Virus record (IMG/VR): IMGVR_UViG_3300032225_002102
Location: 1 to 64,000 of that record
DNA length: 64,000 nucleotides
Direction: 5' to 3' (one strand)
DNA from: a virus
Lineage: Duplodnaviria; Caudoviricetes
Shown here: positions 29,936-38,389 of the stretch, piece after piece
Layout: each line of letters starts with the position of its first letter
Position numbering within the stretch: the stretch's first letter is position 1
Position numbers and translations under genes: made by a program
Notes under the pieces: model-generated
Seen by the model: only the letters and a program-made list of their open reading frames with translations
The model's database searches: none
Told to the model about the DNA's origin: nothing

Positions 29936-31992
29936 TATTTTGCAATTAAAAGTGAATATGAAAATAAATTTTGTGATCCAGGATTAGCAGTATTTAAAAC
30001 AACTATTTGGATTTCTACAACTGTTCCTTTATAAATTTCAGGAATTCTGTAAGGAGTAGATAAAGGAGTAGCTGAAACTATTTCTTTATTGAATTTCCAA
30101 TACTTAGAAGTTCCTGTGCTATTACCCCAAGCTGAATCTGAAATAGTTAACCCATCAGCAGCTATTTCTAATTTAGACATCCAATATAAGAAATTACCAT
30201 TATCTAAATATAATGCATATCCATAACCTGTAGTTCCAGATCCAGAATTAAAATGTTTAAATGGTGCTAATACTTTAGTGGTAGAAGGATTAATAACAGG
30301 AGATACTGTAACATTAGATTCAATTTCTGAAACAACTCCATTTGTAACTTTAACTTTCTTTAAAATATTACCTACAAAATATGCTAAATAACCTGTTCCA
30401 AATAATGTACCTGAACTAGTTCTATACACATTTGAACCCGAATTAAATCCGTTTGATGTATATACACTATCAATCTCATTAATAGCATTACTAAACTTAT
30501 TTAGTATCTTATCATATACATCATTATTAGAAGTATATAAATTAGGATAACCTATATAAACAGATTTTCTTTCTGTAAGATTACTTACAGGAGTACTCGT
30601 TGGTGTAGCAACAGGTGCAGTAATTGGAGTACTGATAGGTGTACTCACAGGAGTTGTTACTGGAGTTACAACAGGAGTACTTACAGGAGTAGCAACTGGT
30701 GTAGTAACTGGTGTTGCTATTGGAGTTGCAGTAGGTGTACTTGTAGGTGTACTTGTAGGTGTCGCTACTGGTGTAACACTACATGATAAAAGAGATCCTT
30801 CAATATAGGTAGTACAACCTATAATTCTAGCTCTAAAATAAACAAGATTACCTGTAGATGTTGCAGTATAGGTATAACTATTAGTTGTTCCTACATTTGC
30901 AGGTACATAAGTAACACCACTATTAGTACTAAATTCTACAGCTTCACCGTTATTACCACTTACAGATACATTAAAAATAGTGTTATTACCGCTACAAGTT
31001 GTAGTAGAAGAATTCCATCCTAGAATATTATTGCATTTATTATAACTAGGTGTTAACACAGGAGTATTTACTGGTGTTGTTACTGGTGAACTAACAGGTG
31101 TTGCAATAGGTGTTACTGGTACAGGGGTTGTTGGTACAGGTGTAGATACTGGTGTAACAACAGGAGTACTTGTAGGAGCACTTGTAGGTGTTATTGGTAT
31201 AGGAGTTGATGTAGGTGTTGGTATTGAAGTATCAAATGTTATTGATGATAATGCAACACAATTTACAACTATCGGTGTTGATGGTGTTGGTGTTGTAGGT
31301 GTTGCTGTTGGGGTTGCTACTGGAGTACTAGCACTACATAATCTAAAATTACCATCAGCATACTCTGCACATCCTAATAATCTTGCTTTTATTTTTTGTA
31401 AACTTCCATTAGAAGGAAAATTAAAAGTAAAATTACTTGGAGAACCATTTATCCATGTAATACCTTCATCTGAACTAAACTGAACAATACGAGAACCTGC
31501 ATTAATAACATTAACTTGTAATGTTGTAACCGCTCCTTGACAAATTGTTACAGGATTACCAAAAACAGGTACAAAACAAATATTAGGTATATTATCAATA
31601 CATATTTTTACACAATTACAATCTACTGCTAATTGAAGTTGTTGTCTACCTAAACTATTAGTAACAATAGTTTTAGTAATACAATTACCAGCAATCACTT
31701 TATCAAAAAGATAACCTTCTGAAGTATCATCTATTGAAATTTTTACTTTTTCATCAAATAAACCTCGTACTTGACATAATCTTGCATCAAGTTTTTCTAA
31801 AATAGTTTTGAGATTAGTACCGTTTCTAATACCAAAAAAGCACATCAAATTGGATGTACTACAATTAGTATCCATATTATAAATTACACCTTCAGCATCT
31901 ATTTTATCTAACGGTGCATTTTCATAATTTAATGGTACACAATTACAAGTATCTTGACATTGGTAACATCTACCACAAGTTCCTGAACACAT
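29935..31992 (-). CDS. Cys-rich fibre protein with three Thr-Pro repeat stalks
   Basis: N-terminal Cys cluster, DEKVKISIDDTSEGYL motif, two paralogous Cys-bounded beta domains, TP runs. Confidence 0.7.
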   Translation of the reverse strand: MCSGTCGRCYQCQDTCNCVPLNYENAPLDKIDAEGVIYNMDTNCSTSNLMCFFGIRNGTNLKTILEKLDARLCQVRGLFDEKVKISIDDTSEGYLFDKVIAGNCITKTIVTNSLGRQQLQLAVDCNCVKICIDNIPNICFVPVFGNPVTICQGAVTTLQVNVINAGSRIVQFSSDEGITWINGSPSNFTFNFPSNGSLQKIKARLLGCAEYADGNFRLCSASTPVATPTATPTTPTPSTPIVVNCVALSSITFDTSIPTPTSTPIPITPTSAPTSTPVVTPVSTPVPTTPVPVTPIATPVSSPVTTPVNTPVLTPSYNKCNNILGWNSSTTTCSGNNTIFNVSVSGNNGEAVEFSTNSGVTYVPANVGTTNSYTYTATSTGNLVYFRARIIGCTTYIEGSLLSCSVTPVATPTSTPTSTPTATPIATPVTTPVATPVSTPVVTPVTTPVSTPISTPITAPVATPTSTPVSNLTERKSVYIGYPNLYTSNNDVYDKILNKFSNAINEIDSVYTSNGFNSGSNVYRTSSGTLFGTGYLAYFVGNILKKVKVTNGVVSEIESNVTVSPVINPSTTKVLAPFKHFNSGSGTTGYGYALYLDNGNFLYWMSKLEIAADGLTISDSAWGNSTGTSKYWKFNKEIVSATPLSTPYRIPEIYKGTVVEIQIVVLNTANPGSQNLFSYSLLIAK
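30585..31328 (-). repeat. Three Thr-Pro coding repeat tracts (about 30585-30778, 31048-31225, 31272-31328)
   Basis: TPVATPTSTPTSTPTATPIATPVTTP and similar. Confidence 0.85.
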
Positions 31993-32019
31993 ATTTTATT
32001 AATTTAAATTTTAATAATT

Positions 32020-32616
32020 TTACACATTTGAAATTAATATACTCTGAATAGGGATACATACTACATTACATGCTGTACCACCTGTTATCCATCTAAAATT
32101 ACCACAACCATCAAATTGATAAATTTCACTTACTGTTCCAGTACATCTTTGAGTATATGGAAAATAATTTACCCAATTAGGTACACAAATAGTTACACAA
32201 GCATTTCCAGATATTTTACCTATTTGTGTTTGATTATAAGTTGGAGAACAAGGATTAAGATCTTTTTCAATAATGCGAGATTGAGCTTGAAAACAAATAA
32301 AATTTGAAGTTTCTATCCAACTAGGGGTATTATTGCATTTTCCTTCATTCACCAAAATCCATCTGGTATTTCCACAACCATCACTTTGTTGCTTTCTACT
32401 ATTACAATTTACACATTCTTCAAGACCTGTGTTTTTCCAATTAGTTTCACAAGAAAAACTACAAGGATTACCAGATGGTTTAATTGTTCGGATCTTATTA
32501 AATGATTTGCTTTTTGGGTTTATATCTTTTTCTCGCTTATAAGAAATTCCATTAATACAAAGATCTATATTAAGATTTACCCAAATTGGATTTCTATTAA
32601 ATAAATTACAAAGCAT
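32020..32616 (-). CDS. Cys/Trp-repeat structural protein
   Basis: Repeats W-x5-8-C...(DxNPCSPTYNQ or DGCGNxRW). Confidence 0.55.
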   Translation of the reverse strand: MLCNLFNRNPIWVNLNIDLCINGISYKREKDINPKSKSFNKIRTIKPSGNPCSFSCETNWKNTGLEECVNCNSRKQQSDGCGNTRWILVNEGKCNNTPSWIETSNFICFQAQSRIIEKDLNPCSPTYNQTQIGKISGNACVTICVPNWVNYFPYTQRCTGTVSEIYQFDGCGNFRWITGGTACNVVCIPIQSILISNV

Positions 32617-33049
32617 CTGTTATTTTTTGTAATACTGTTTTTAAATCAGAATAAATAGTAAAACCAGCACCTGCTGAATCTACAACTCCAGGTTTTTCAA
32701 CACTTACTAAACGATTATTTAAAGCAAGTATTGTCGCATTAATTGTATTTATTTGAGATTGCAACTGATTAATTTGAGTAATTCTTGCAGAATTTAACCC
32801 AATTAAATAATCAATTACTTGTTGATAGGTTGATATATTTGGTTGTCCTGCAACTACAGGATTAGCAATTTGTACTTCATTAATAATGTGTAATCCAAGA
32901 ATTTCAATAATTGCTTGAAGTGACATTCCATTAGTAATGCTAATTGCTTGTAAAATAGAAGGAGATACATCAGGTTTAATCTTATAAAAAACATCTGTAG
33001 AATCTACTTGTGTTGATCCACAATTTTGAGAACAGTTATTTTCACACAT
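32606..33049 (-). CDS. Coiled-coil fibre-associated protein
   Basis: Heptads ITQINQLQSQINTINATILALNNRL; N-terminal Cys. Confidence 0.55.
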   Translation of the reverse strand: MCENNCSQNCGSTQVDSTDVFYKIKPDVSPSILQAISITNGMSLQAIIEILGLHIINEVQIANPVVAGQPNISTYQQVIDYLIGLNSARITQINQLQSQINTINATILALNNRLVSVEKPGVVDSAGAGFTIYSDLKTVLQKITDAL

Positions 33050-33447
33050 TATATTCGAGTTTTAAGAAATTTAATATCTGATTGTAATACTGCAATAGTA
33101 GCTAACATTTTTTGAAGTTTACTACATGTACTCAAACAATTAGTACAATCTTCTTCAATTAATGTTAGATCTAAATCACAATCTAAATTAGCTGAAGTAG
33201 TTGGTGTTTTTTTAAGTTTAATTATCTCATCAATTAAGATTTGAATAATATCATCTTTTTTTAAAGTAGTAGAAGCAGAAAGAGTTTTAATATCTATCTC
33301 ATTAACTCCATATTTTTGTACTTCATCATATAAGTTTTCAATTAAACTCTCAAATGAAGTAAAAGGTACAGTTTTACCTTTCCACTTTATGCATTTAGTA
33401 GTAATTACTGGATCACATACTGGAGTACAATCTTTACACGTTGCCAT
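33049..33447 (-). CDS. Cys-containing fibre-associated protein
   Basis: CKDCTPVC N-terminus; coupled to neighbours. Confidence 0.5.
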   Translation of the reverse strand: MATCKDCTPVCDPVITTKCIKWKGKTVPFTSFESLIENLYDEVQKYGVNEIDIKTLSASTTLKKDDIIQILIDEIIKLKKTPTTSANLDCDLDLTLIEEDCTNCLSTCSKLQKMLATIAVLQSDIKFLKTRI

Positions 33448-33553
33448 ATTTATCCTTTAATATTTCTTTTTTTATTTTCCATACAGAAATTTTATAAGGT
33501 ACATCGTACTTTATATTCTGTAATAGTTTTTCAGCGTATTTAATTAATTCCAT
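33434..33553 (-). CDS. 39-aa hypothetical protein
   Basis: Not in ORF track. MELIKYAEKLLQNIKYDVPYKISVWKIKKEILKDKYGNV*; TAATG-coupled and fills the gap in the operon. Confidence 0.5.
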   Translation of the reverse strand: MELIKYAEKLLQNIKYDVPYKISVWKIKKEILKDKYGNV

Positions 33554-33828
33554 TAGCAATTTGTACCAAATAAAGATTCAATATAAGATTCATATCTATA
33601 TTTACAAGGTTTTACCTCTGCAATCATTTCTTCCACCTGTCCAATATAATTGTTAATATTTGGGTGATGTGGGTATCTACTCTTTAAGCAATATAATCTA
33701 TCTAAAATAGAATTTACTTCTAAAAGAGTTAAAGTACAAGGAAACTTAGTTTTCTTTTCAAGCTGCTGTTGAGCTTTCTTTTGTGCTAATGTTAACCTTT
33801 TTCGTAAACATGTATTACATATTGCCAT
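33553..33828 (-). CDS. Small Cys-containing protein
   Basis: CNTC N-terminus, in operon. Confidence 0.5.
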   Translation of the reverse strand: MAICNTCLRKRLTLAQKKAQQQLEKKTKFPCTLTLLEVNSILDRLYCLKSRYPHHPNINNYIGQVEEMIAEVKPCKYRYESYIESLFGTNC

Positions 33829-34303
33829 TACACTCTAATTTTTTAATTAATTTATCTGCTAAATTATAATATTCTGATGCTTTACTTACATCTGTTTTTA
33901 CTACATTAGATCCTGCTCTTAGTAATAAATCTACTTTATATAGTTTGTTAATTTCTTCTTCTGTTAAATCTTGTAACAAATATTCATTAAATTTGTTACT
34001 TAATTTCGTATGTCTAAGATAATTAAATTGTTTATATAAATTTGCATTTGGTGCTACTGAATATCTAAAAGTGTAAACACCATCTGGAAATTCTATTGCA
34101 TCATTAAAACAAAGTTTACCTAATGTAAGTACGTTTACTTGATCTGGTATAATATACTGATGATATACTTCATCTACCAAATTAGGGAATGTAACTTCCA
34201 CTACAGGATTAATTGGGTATTCGTAATACTCAGATTTATCCACAAATATAATAGAATCTGTAGAACCATCCTCATAAATAGTAAAATTTAATTTATGTCG
34301 CAT
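33815..34303 (-). CDS. Tail hub/fibre-attachment structural protein
   Basis: FVDKSEY, FPDGVYTFRYSVAP motif; position ahead of fibre genes. Confidence 0.5.
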   Translation of the reverse strand: MRHKLNFTIYEDGSTDSIIFVDKSEYYEYPINPVVEVTFPNLVDEVYHQYIIPDQVNVLTLGKLCFNDAIEFPDGVYTFRYSVAPNANLYKQFNYLRHTKLSNKFNEYLLQDLTEEEINKLYKVDLLLRAGSNVVKTDVSKASEYYNLADKLIKKLECNGNM

Positions 34304-34316
34304 TTTATATAAAATA

Positions 34317-34341
34317 AGAGGGAGGATAACCTCCCTCTATT
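34317..34341 (-). terminator. Terminator after abundant structural gene
   Basis: AGAGGGAGG-ataa-CCTCCCTCT. Confidence 0.75.
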
Positions 34342-34353
34342 AAAACATATCAC

Positions 34354-36684
34354 TTATAAAACAACTGCTTTCAATTCTGATCTTCCTGCACTCAATACAA
34401 GTTTATTCATTAATGTTTCAAATGATCTACCTTGACTTTGTGCAATAAAGAATTTATAATCTGTATATTCTTGATTCTTCAAGATATACGCATCTTTCTC
34501 TTGTCCTCTGTGTTTCAATCTTAAAGTATAAACATCATACATTAAGTGTCTCTTAGAAATTGGTTGGAAACCATTAATTTCATTCACAAAAGGATTGTTA
34601 GAGAATTTCTTACCTTCATAACCTGCTAATGCTGCAATTTCTGCTTCTTGTACGTACTCACCACTTGTTCCCAAGTTAAATGAAAGACGTTGCAATACTG
34701 TAGAATAAGTTTTAGTTTCATCACAAGGATTATTTGAGTAATCCAAAGAGTGAATATTAACTTGCAATAATACAGGTTTAATTTCATTTGGATGCCAGTT
34801 TGTATAACCTACAGTAGTACAATCTGTAAATGTTTTATTAAACACCGCAGTTTCTAATACTACACCACAAGCACAACATGGTTCGGTAGGAGTTGTTGGT
34901 ACAGTACAGTTTGGATAATTTGTAACTGCTTTGTAATCTTCCCACTGATAACCCATAAAGCTAGCAGGTTTACCAAATGTATATCTTTCTTCTAAACCAC
35001 AATCTAGTGTAGCAACACAATCAGATGTAATTTCTGTTACGTAACTAGCAGCACATTCTCCACGTACAGTTTCATTTGTAATGAAAGCTGGTGTTGTTGC
35101 TGTACCTGCTAAGTTTGTAGTTGCATTTACAATTGTAGGAGTTGCTAAAGTTGTTCCACCTACTGCTAAAATACCTGCTGTACCACTTGCCGTAATTGTA
35201 ATTCCAGCAGCTAAATAAGCAGCAGCATTAGCAGTAATAAAGTTATCACGAGTTACTGTTAAACTTGTAGCAAATGTAGCTGTTCTAGCAACACCACCAA
35301 TTGTTACAGTTGCTGTACCTGAAGTACCAGTAAGTGTTAGAACTGAAGATTTCTTAGTTAAACTTGTTTGTGTTTGTAACGCAACTGTTAAATCAGGATA
35401 AGCTGCTTGCAAATCCGCTAATCTATTTCCTAATCCACATTCTTTATCTGGAAGTGTAATACGGAATTGTTTAACTGTTTTATTACAAGTTTCACATGTT
35501 GACCATACCTTAGTAATAGTTTCAACTAAACATTGTTTTCCTTCTACTCCAATAATTGCGTATTCTGAAACACCTGCAAGTTGACTTGCAATAGTAGCAT
35601 CAGAAGTAGTGGTAGCAACTTTTACCAAATAAGTATCACCTAAATCAATACTTGAACCTACTTTAGAACTTGTAATTACACCTGTAATTGTAGGTAAAGT
35701 ACCATTGTAAAGAATTTTTACTTGAACAATTTTAACTCCATCTACAAGAGTAGAGCTAGTAGGACAAGTAGGACATGTATCACATAAAGGATACGTGTAT
35801 CTATTCATCGTGAAGTTTGCTGGTGCTGATGCACTTCCAAGTTGCCAGAATGAATAAACTGAATATCCATCCAAACTAGATTCACGAGTAATCTTTACAT
35901 TAGGATAAGCAGCTGCTAATTTACTAATTGTAGATACACCATCATCTTGAATCTCTAATTGATACTTCTTATACTCTGTTAATGTTGGAGTTAGAGCATC
36001 AGTAGTACATTTTTTAATTTTACTAGCTGTAATAAATTTGTTCAATGCAACTTGAACTAATTTACCACCTACTTCTGCAAATAAATTAGTACTATTTACT
36101 TTAGCTACAATTGCATCTGCAATAACATCACATGGAATATTACCACATGTATCTACTGCTGTACAATCTGATGGACACAATGTTTTATCAATTACTAAAC
36201 GATGTACAATTCTGTTTTTACCAAAGAAACGCTTGATGGGTTCTCCTTGTAAAATCAAATTAACATGAAGTGGTTTAGTATCCAACAATCCATTTAGAGT
36301 ACGTGAAGCATCTACTCCATCATAACCAATTGCAATCTTTTGTGTTTTAGCAGCACCTTGATCTGCTTTTTGTCCACTCCACGCAATAATATCAGAAGCT
36401 TCAAATTCAATTGTTGCTTTTGCTTTTTTAGTATGTCGAGAAAGAGCTGGTGATAGTTGTCCACTTGAAAAAGGAACACCTGTTTTTATGATAAAACGTT
36501 TGTTAGTTTTAAAACTTGGTGAAGCTAATGATACAGGTTCTCCTGCTGAATAATCATCTGCTGCAAAAACACCAAATTGTTCTGCTTCCAAACTTGATAA
36601 CTTTGCTCCTAAACTAACTGCTCCAGAGTTAGATACAAAAGGAGAAATAAATGCTTGCTCTAATTGACCAATAAATGAGTTCAT
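34354..36684 (-). CDS. Abundant structural protein, 776 aa (auxiliary capsid/decoration-like)
   Basis: Cys/Thr-rich beta protein, codon use like the capsid gene (CGT, TTC, AAC), own terminator, two genes after capsid. Confidence 0.55.
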   Translation of the reverse strand: MNSFIGQLEQAFISPFVSNSGAVSLGAKLSSLEAEQFGVFAADDYSAGEPVSLASPSFKTNKRFIIKTGVPFSSGQLSPALSRHTKKAKATIEFEASDIIAWSGQKADQGAAKTQKIAIGYDGVDASRTLNGLLDTKPLHVNLILQGEPIKRFFGKNRIVHRLVIDKTLCPSDCTAVDTCGNIPCDVIADAIVAKVNSTNLFAEVGGKLVQVALNKFITASKIKKCTTDALTPTLTEYKKYQLEIQDDGVSTISKLAAAYPNVKITRESSLDGYSVYSFWQLGSASAPANFTMNRYTYPLCDTCPTCPTSSTLVDGVKIVQVKILYNGTLPTITGVITSSKVGSSIDLGDTYLVKVATTTSDATIASQLAGVSEYAIIGVEGKQCLVETITKVWSTCETCNKTVKQFRITLPDKECGLGNRLADLQAAYPDLTVALQTQTSLTKKSSVLTLTGTSGTATVTIGGVARTATFATSLTVTRDNFITANAAAYLAAGITITASGTAGILAVGGTTLATPTIVNATTNLAGTATTPAFITNETVRGECAASYVTEITSDCVATLDCGLEERYTFGKPASFMGYQWEDYKAVTNYPNCTVPTTPTEPCCACGVVLETAVFNKTFTDCTTVGYTNWHPNEIKPVLLQVNIHSLDYSNNPCDETKTYSTVLQRLSFNLGTSGEYVQEAEIAALAGYEGKKFSNNPFVNEINGFQPISKRHLMYDVYTLRLKHRGQEKDAYILKNQEYTDYKFFIAQSQGRSFETLMNKLVLSAGRSELKAVVL

Positions 36685-36770
36685 ATAATTTTATAGAGAA
36701 AAGATTATTCGTTTAGTATTTATCTCTTTATCCTACCAAACGTGTTTACAAATAACGGTAAACAAACGTT

Positions 36771-37427
36771 TTATTTTTGTTCTCTTTCTTTAGATGTTTG
36801 AAAACCAAACTGATCTTCAAATTCTCTATTGATTTCTGTAACTACTCTGTTAATAATTTCACCTGATATGTATTCCGAAACATCTGGATCTATATCTTCT
36901 GATTCTCTACCATCATAATGCTTATATCCCTTCATATCAATTTTTCTAGGACTTTTATAATAACTTATAACAGTTTTATCTATTTCAAAATTATCTTTAT
37001 AAATAATAACCCCTCTATCTACTATTTCTCCCAAACCTCTTTCCCAAGCTAAACTTGGTTTTGTAAATTTATCTTCTAAATAAATATTTACATTTGGTTT
37101 TTTAATATAATTATATAAAATACATTTACCTACATAACTTTTACTTTCTGCTGGTAATATTGTATATAAATCTGAAGGGATTTCATATACTGAATATTCT
37201 TTATTATTTTCTATTCTAGTTAATTCTAAATCTTTAACTAATAATTCGAAAATAATAAATACATTATCTGAATTGTTATTATTGTCAACATAATCATTTA
37301 ACCATCGTAACGCTTCTCTATTATAAAGGTAAACAAAATTATGTTTTTCAATATTTACATTTTTATTTTGATTATTTTTATTTAGTAATAAAGAAAACTC
37401 ATAATATAGTTCGTTTACATTTCTCAT
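36771..37427 (-). CDS. Portal-proximal ring/adaptor protein
   Basis: DKFTKPS..WER..ISYYKSPRKI motif and crAss synteny. Confidence 0.6.
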   Translation of the reverse strand: MRNVNELYYEFSLLLNKNNQNKNVNIEKHNFVYLYNREALRWLNDYVDNNNNSDNVFIIFELLVKDLELTRIENNKEYSVYEIPSDLYTILPAESKSYVGKCILYNYIKKPNVNIYLEDKFTKPSLAWERGLGEIVDRGVIIYKDNFEIDKTVISYYKSPRKIDMKGYKHYDGRESEDIDPDVSEYISGEIINRVVTEINREFEDQFGFQTSKEREQK

Positions 37428-38329
37428 TTAATTTTGTATTTTTCGTTAATAAGAGTTCTAATTTTACTATATGCTTCAGCAAATTGAGATTTTTTAAGAT
37501 TTTCTTTTACTTCATCTTTAGTACCTCCTAAAACTAATCCATCATATACCCAATTTTTATCATCTGAATATTTAATAATATTATAAGATAATGCTGCATC
37601 AATAATAAAATTAATTTCTAAAAGTAATGGTTCTCTGAAGAATACTTCATGTACTTTTTGAGCATCTTTGTGTGAACTAATTGCATTCTTATATGTATCT
37701 AATTGATTATAAAGAATTTCAATTCCTAATTCACTTCTACTTGGAAGATCTAAAGCATGTGATACAGAAAGTAACCAACTTTTATTTTCTTCAAATGTTG
37801 CAATTTTACCACCAATTAAGTTTTTAATTTTAGCAATTTTCTTTTGAGAACTTGCATCTTCTTCAACATTAGAAAAATAATAAGTACAATTTAAATACTT
37901 AAATGTATTTGTATCTTCTAAACTTGGAGCTACAATACCTCCAGCAATTGCTGCTCTATAAACTAATTCATCTTCTGGTTTAGCTAAATTTAATTTAACT
38001 TCTTGGTTATTTGTTAAACATAATGGAATTCTAAAATGTAAAAGATATTCATTATCCATTGTAGGTTCTAAACTTTTACCTAATGCTTTTTCTAATTTCT
38101 TTCTATCTTTTAGAATTTCAAATTTAGCTTCTGGTTTTTTTGTTTTTAGAATTTCTTCTTCATCATCAGAAATATCTAAATTAAAACCTGTAATCCATTG
38201 ATTATTTTCTTTTCTTAAAAAACTTCCTTGTTTAGATTTTGGATATGCGTTACGCTTCCATTTTTTTTCTAAATCACCTTTTGTTGTTTCTTGTGTTACT
38301 TTACTTTTAATATATACAACACCATTCAT
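37424..38329 (-). CDS. Conserved crAss-like protein downstream of capsid gene
   Basis: LNLAKPEDEL..IVAPS..YYF pattern; synteny. Confidence 0.55.
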   Translation of the reverse strand: MNGVVYIKSKVTQETTKGDLEKKWKRNAYPKSKQGSFLRKENNQWITGFNLDISDDEEEILKTKKPEAKFEILKDRKKLEKALGKSLEPTMDNEYLLHFRIPLCLTNNQEVKLNLAKPEDELVYRAAIAGGIVAPSLEDTNTFKYLNCTYYFSNVEEDASSQKKIAKIKNLIGGKIATFEENKSWLLSVSHALDLPSRSELGIEILYNQLDTYKNAISSHKDAQKVHEVFFREPLLLEINFIIDAALSYNIIKYSDDKNWVYDGLVLGGTKDEVKENLKKSQFAEAYSKIRTLINEKYKIK

Positions 38330-38352
38330 ATTTTTATATTTTTATAAGTGAT

Positions 38353-38382
38353 TAAAAGGTGGTATATTTCAACCACCTTTTA
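38353..38382 (-). terminator. Terminator after major capsid gene
   Basis: AAAAGGTGGT-atatttca-ACCACCTTTT. Confidence 0.75.
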
Positions 38383-38389
38383 TATTTAA

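Noticed and set aside
27287-31992. Diversity-generating retroelement or invertible fibre cassette
   Set aside because: No reverse transcriptase or recombinase in the window; repeats are direct and differences are not adenine-specific.
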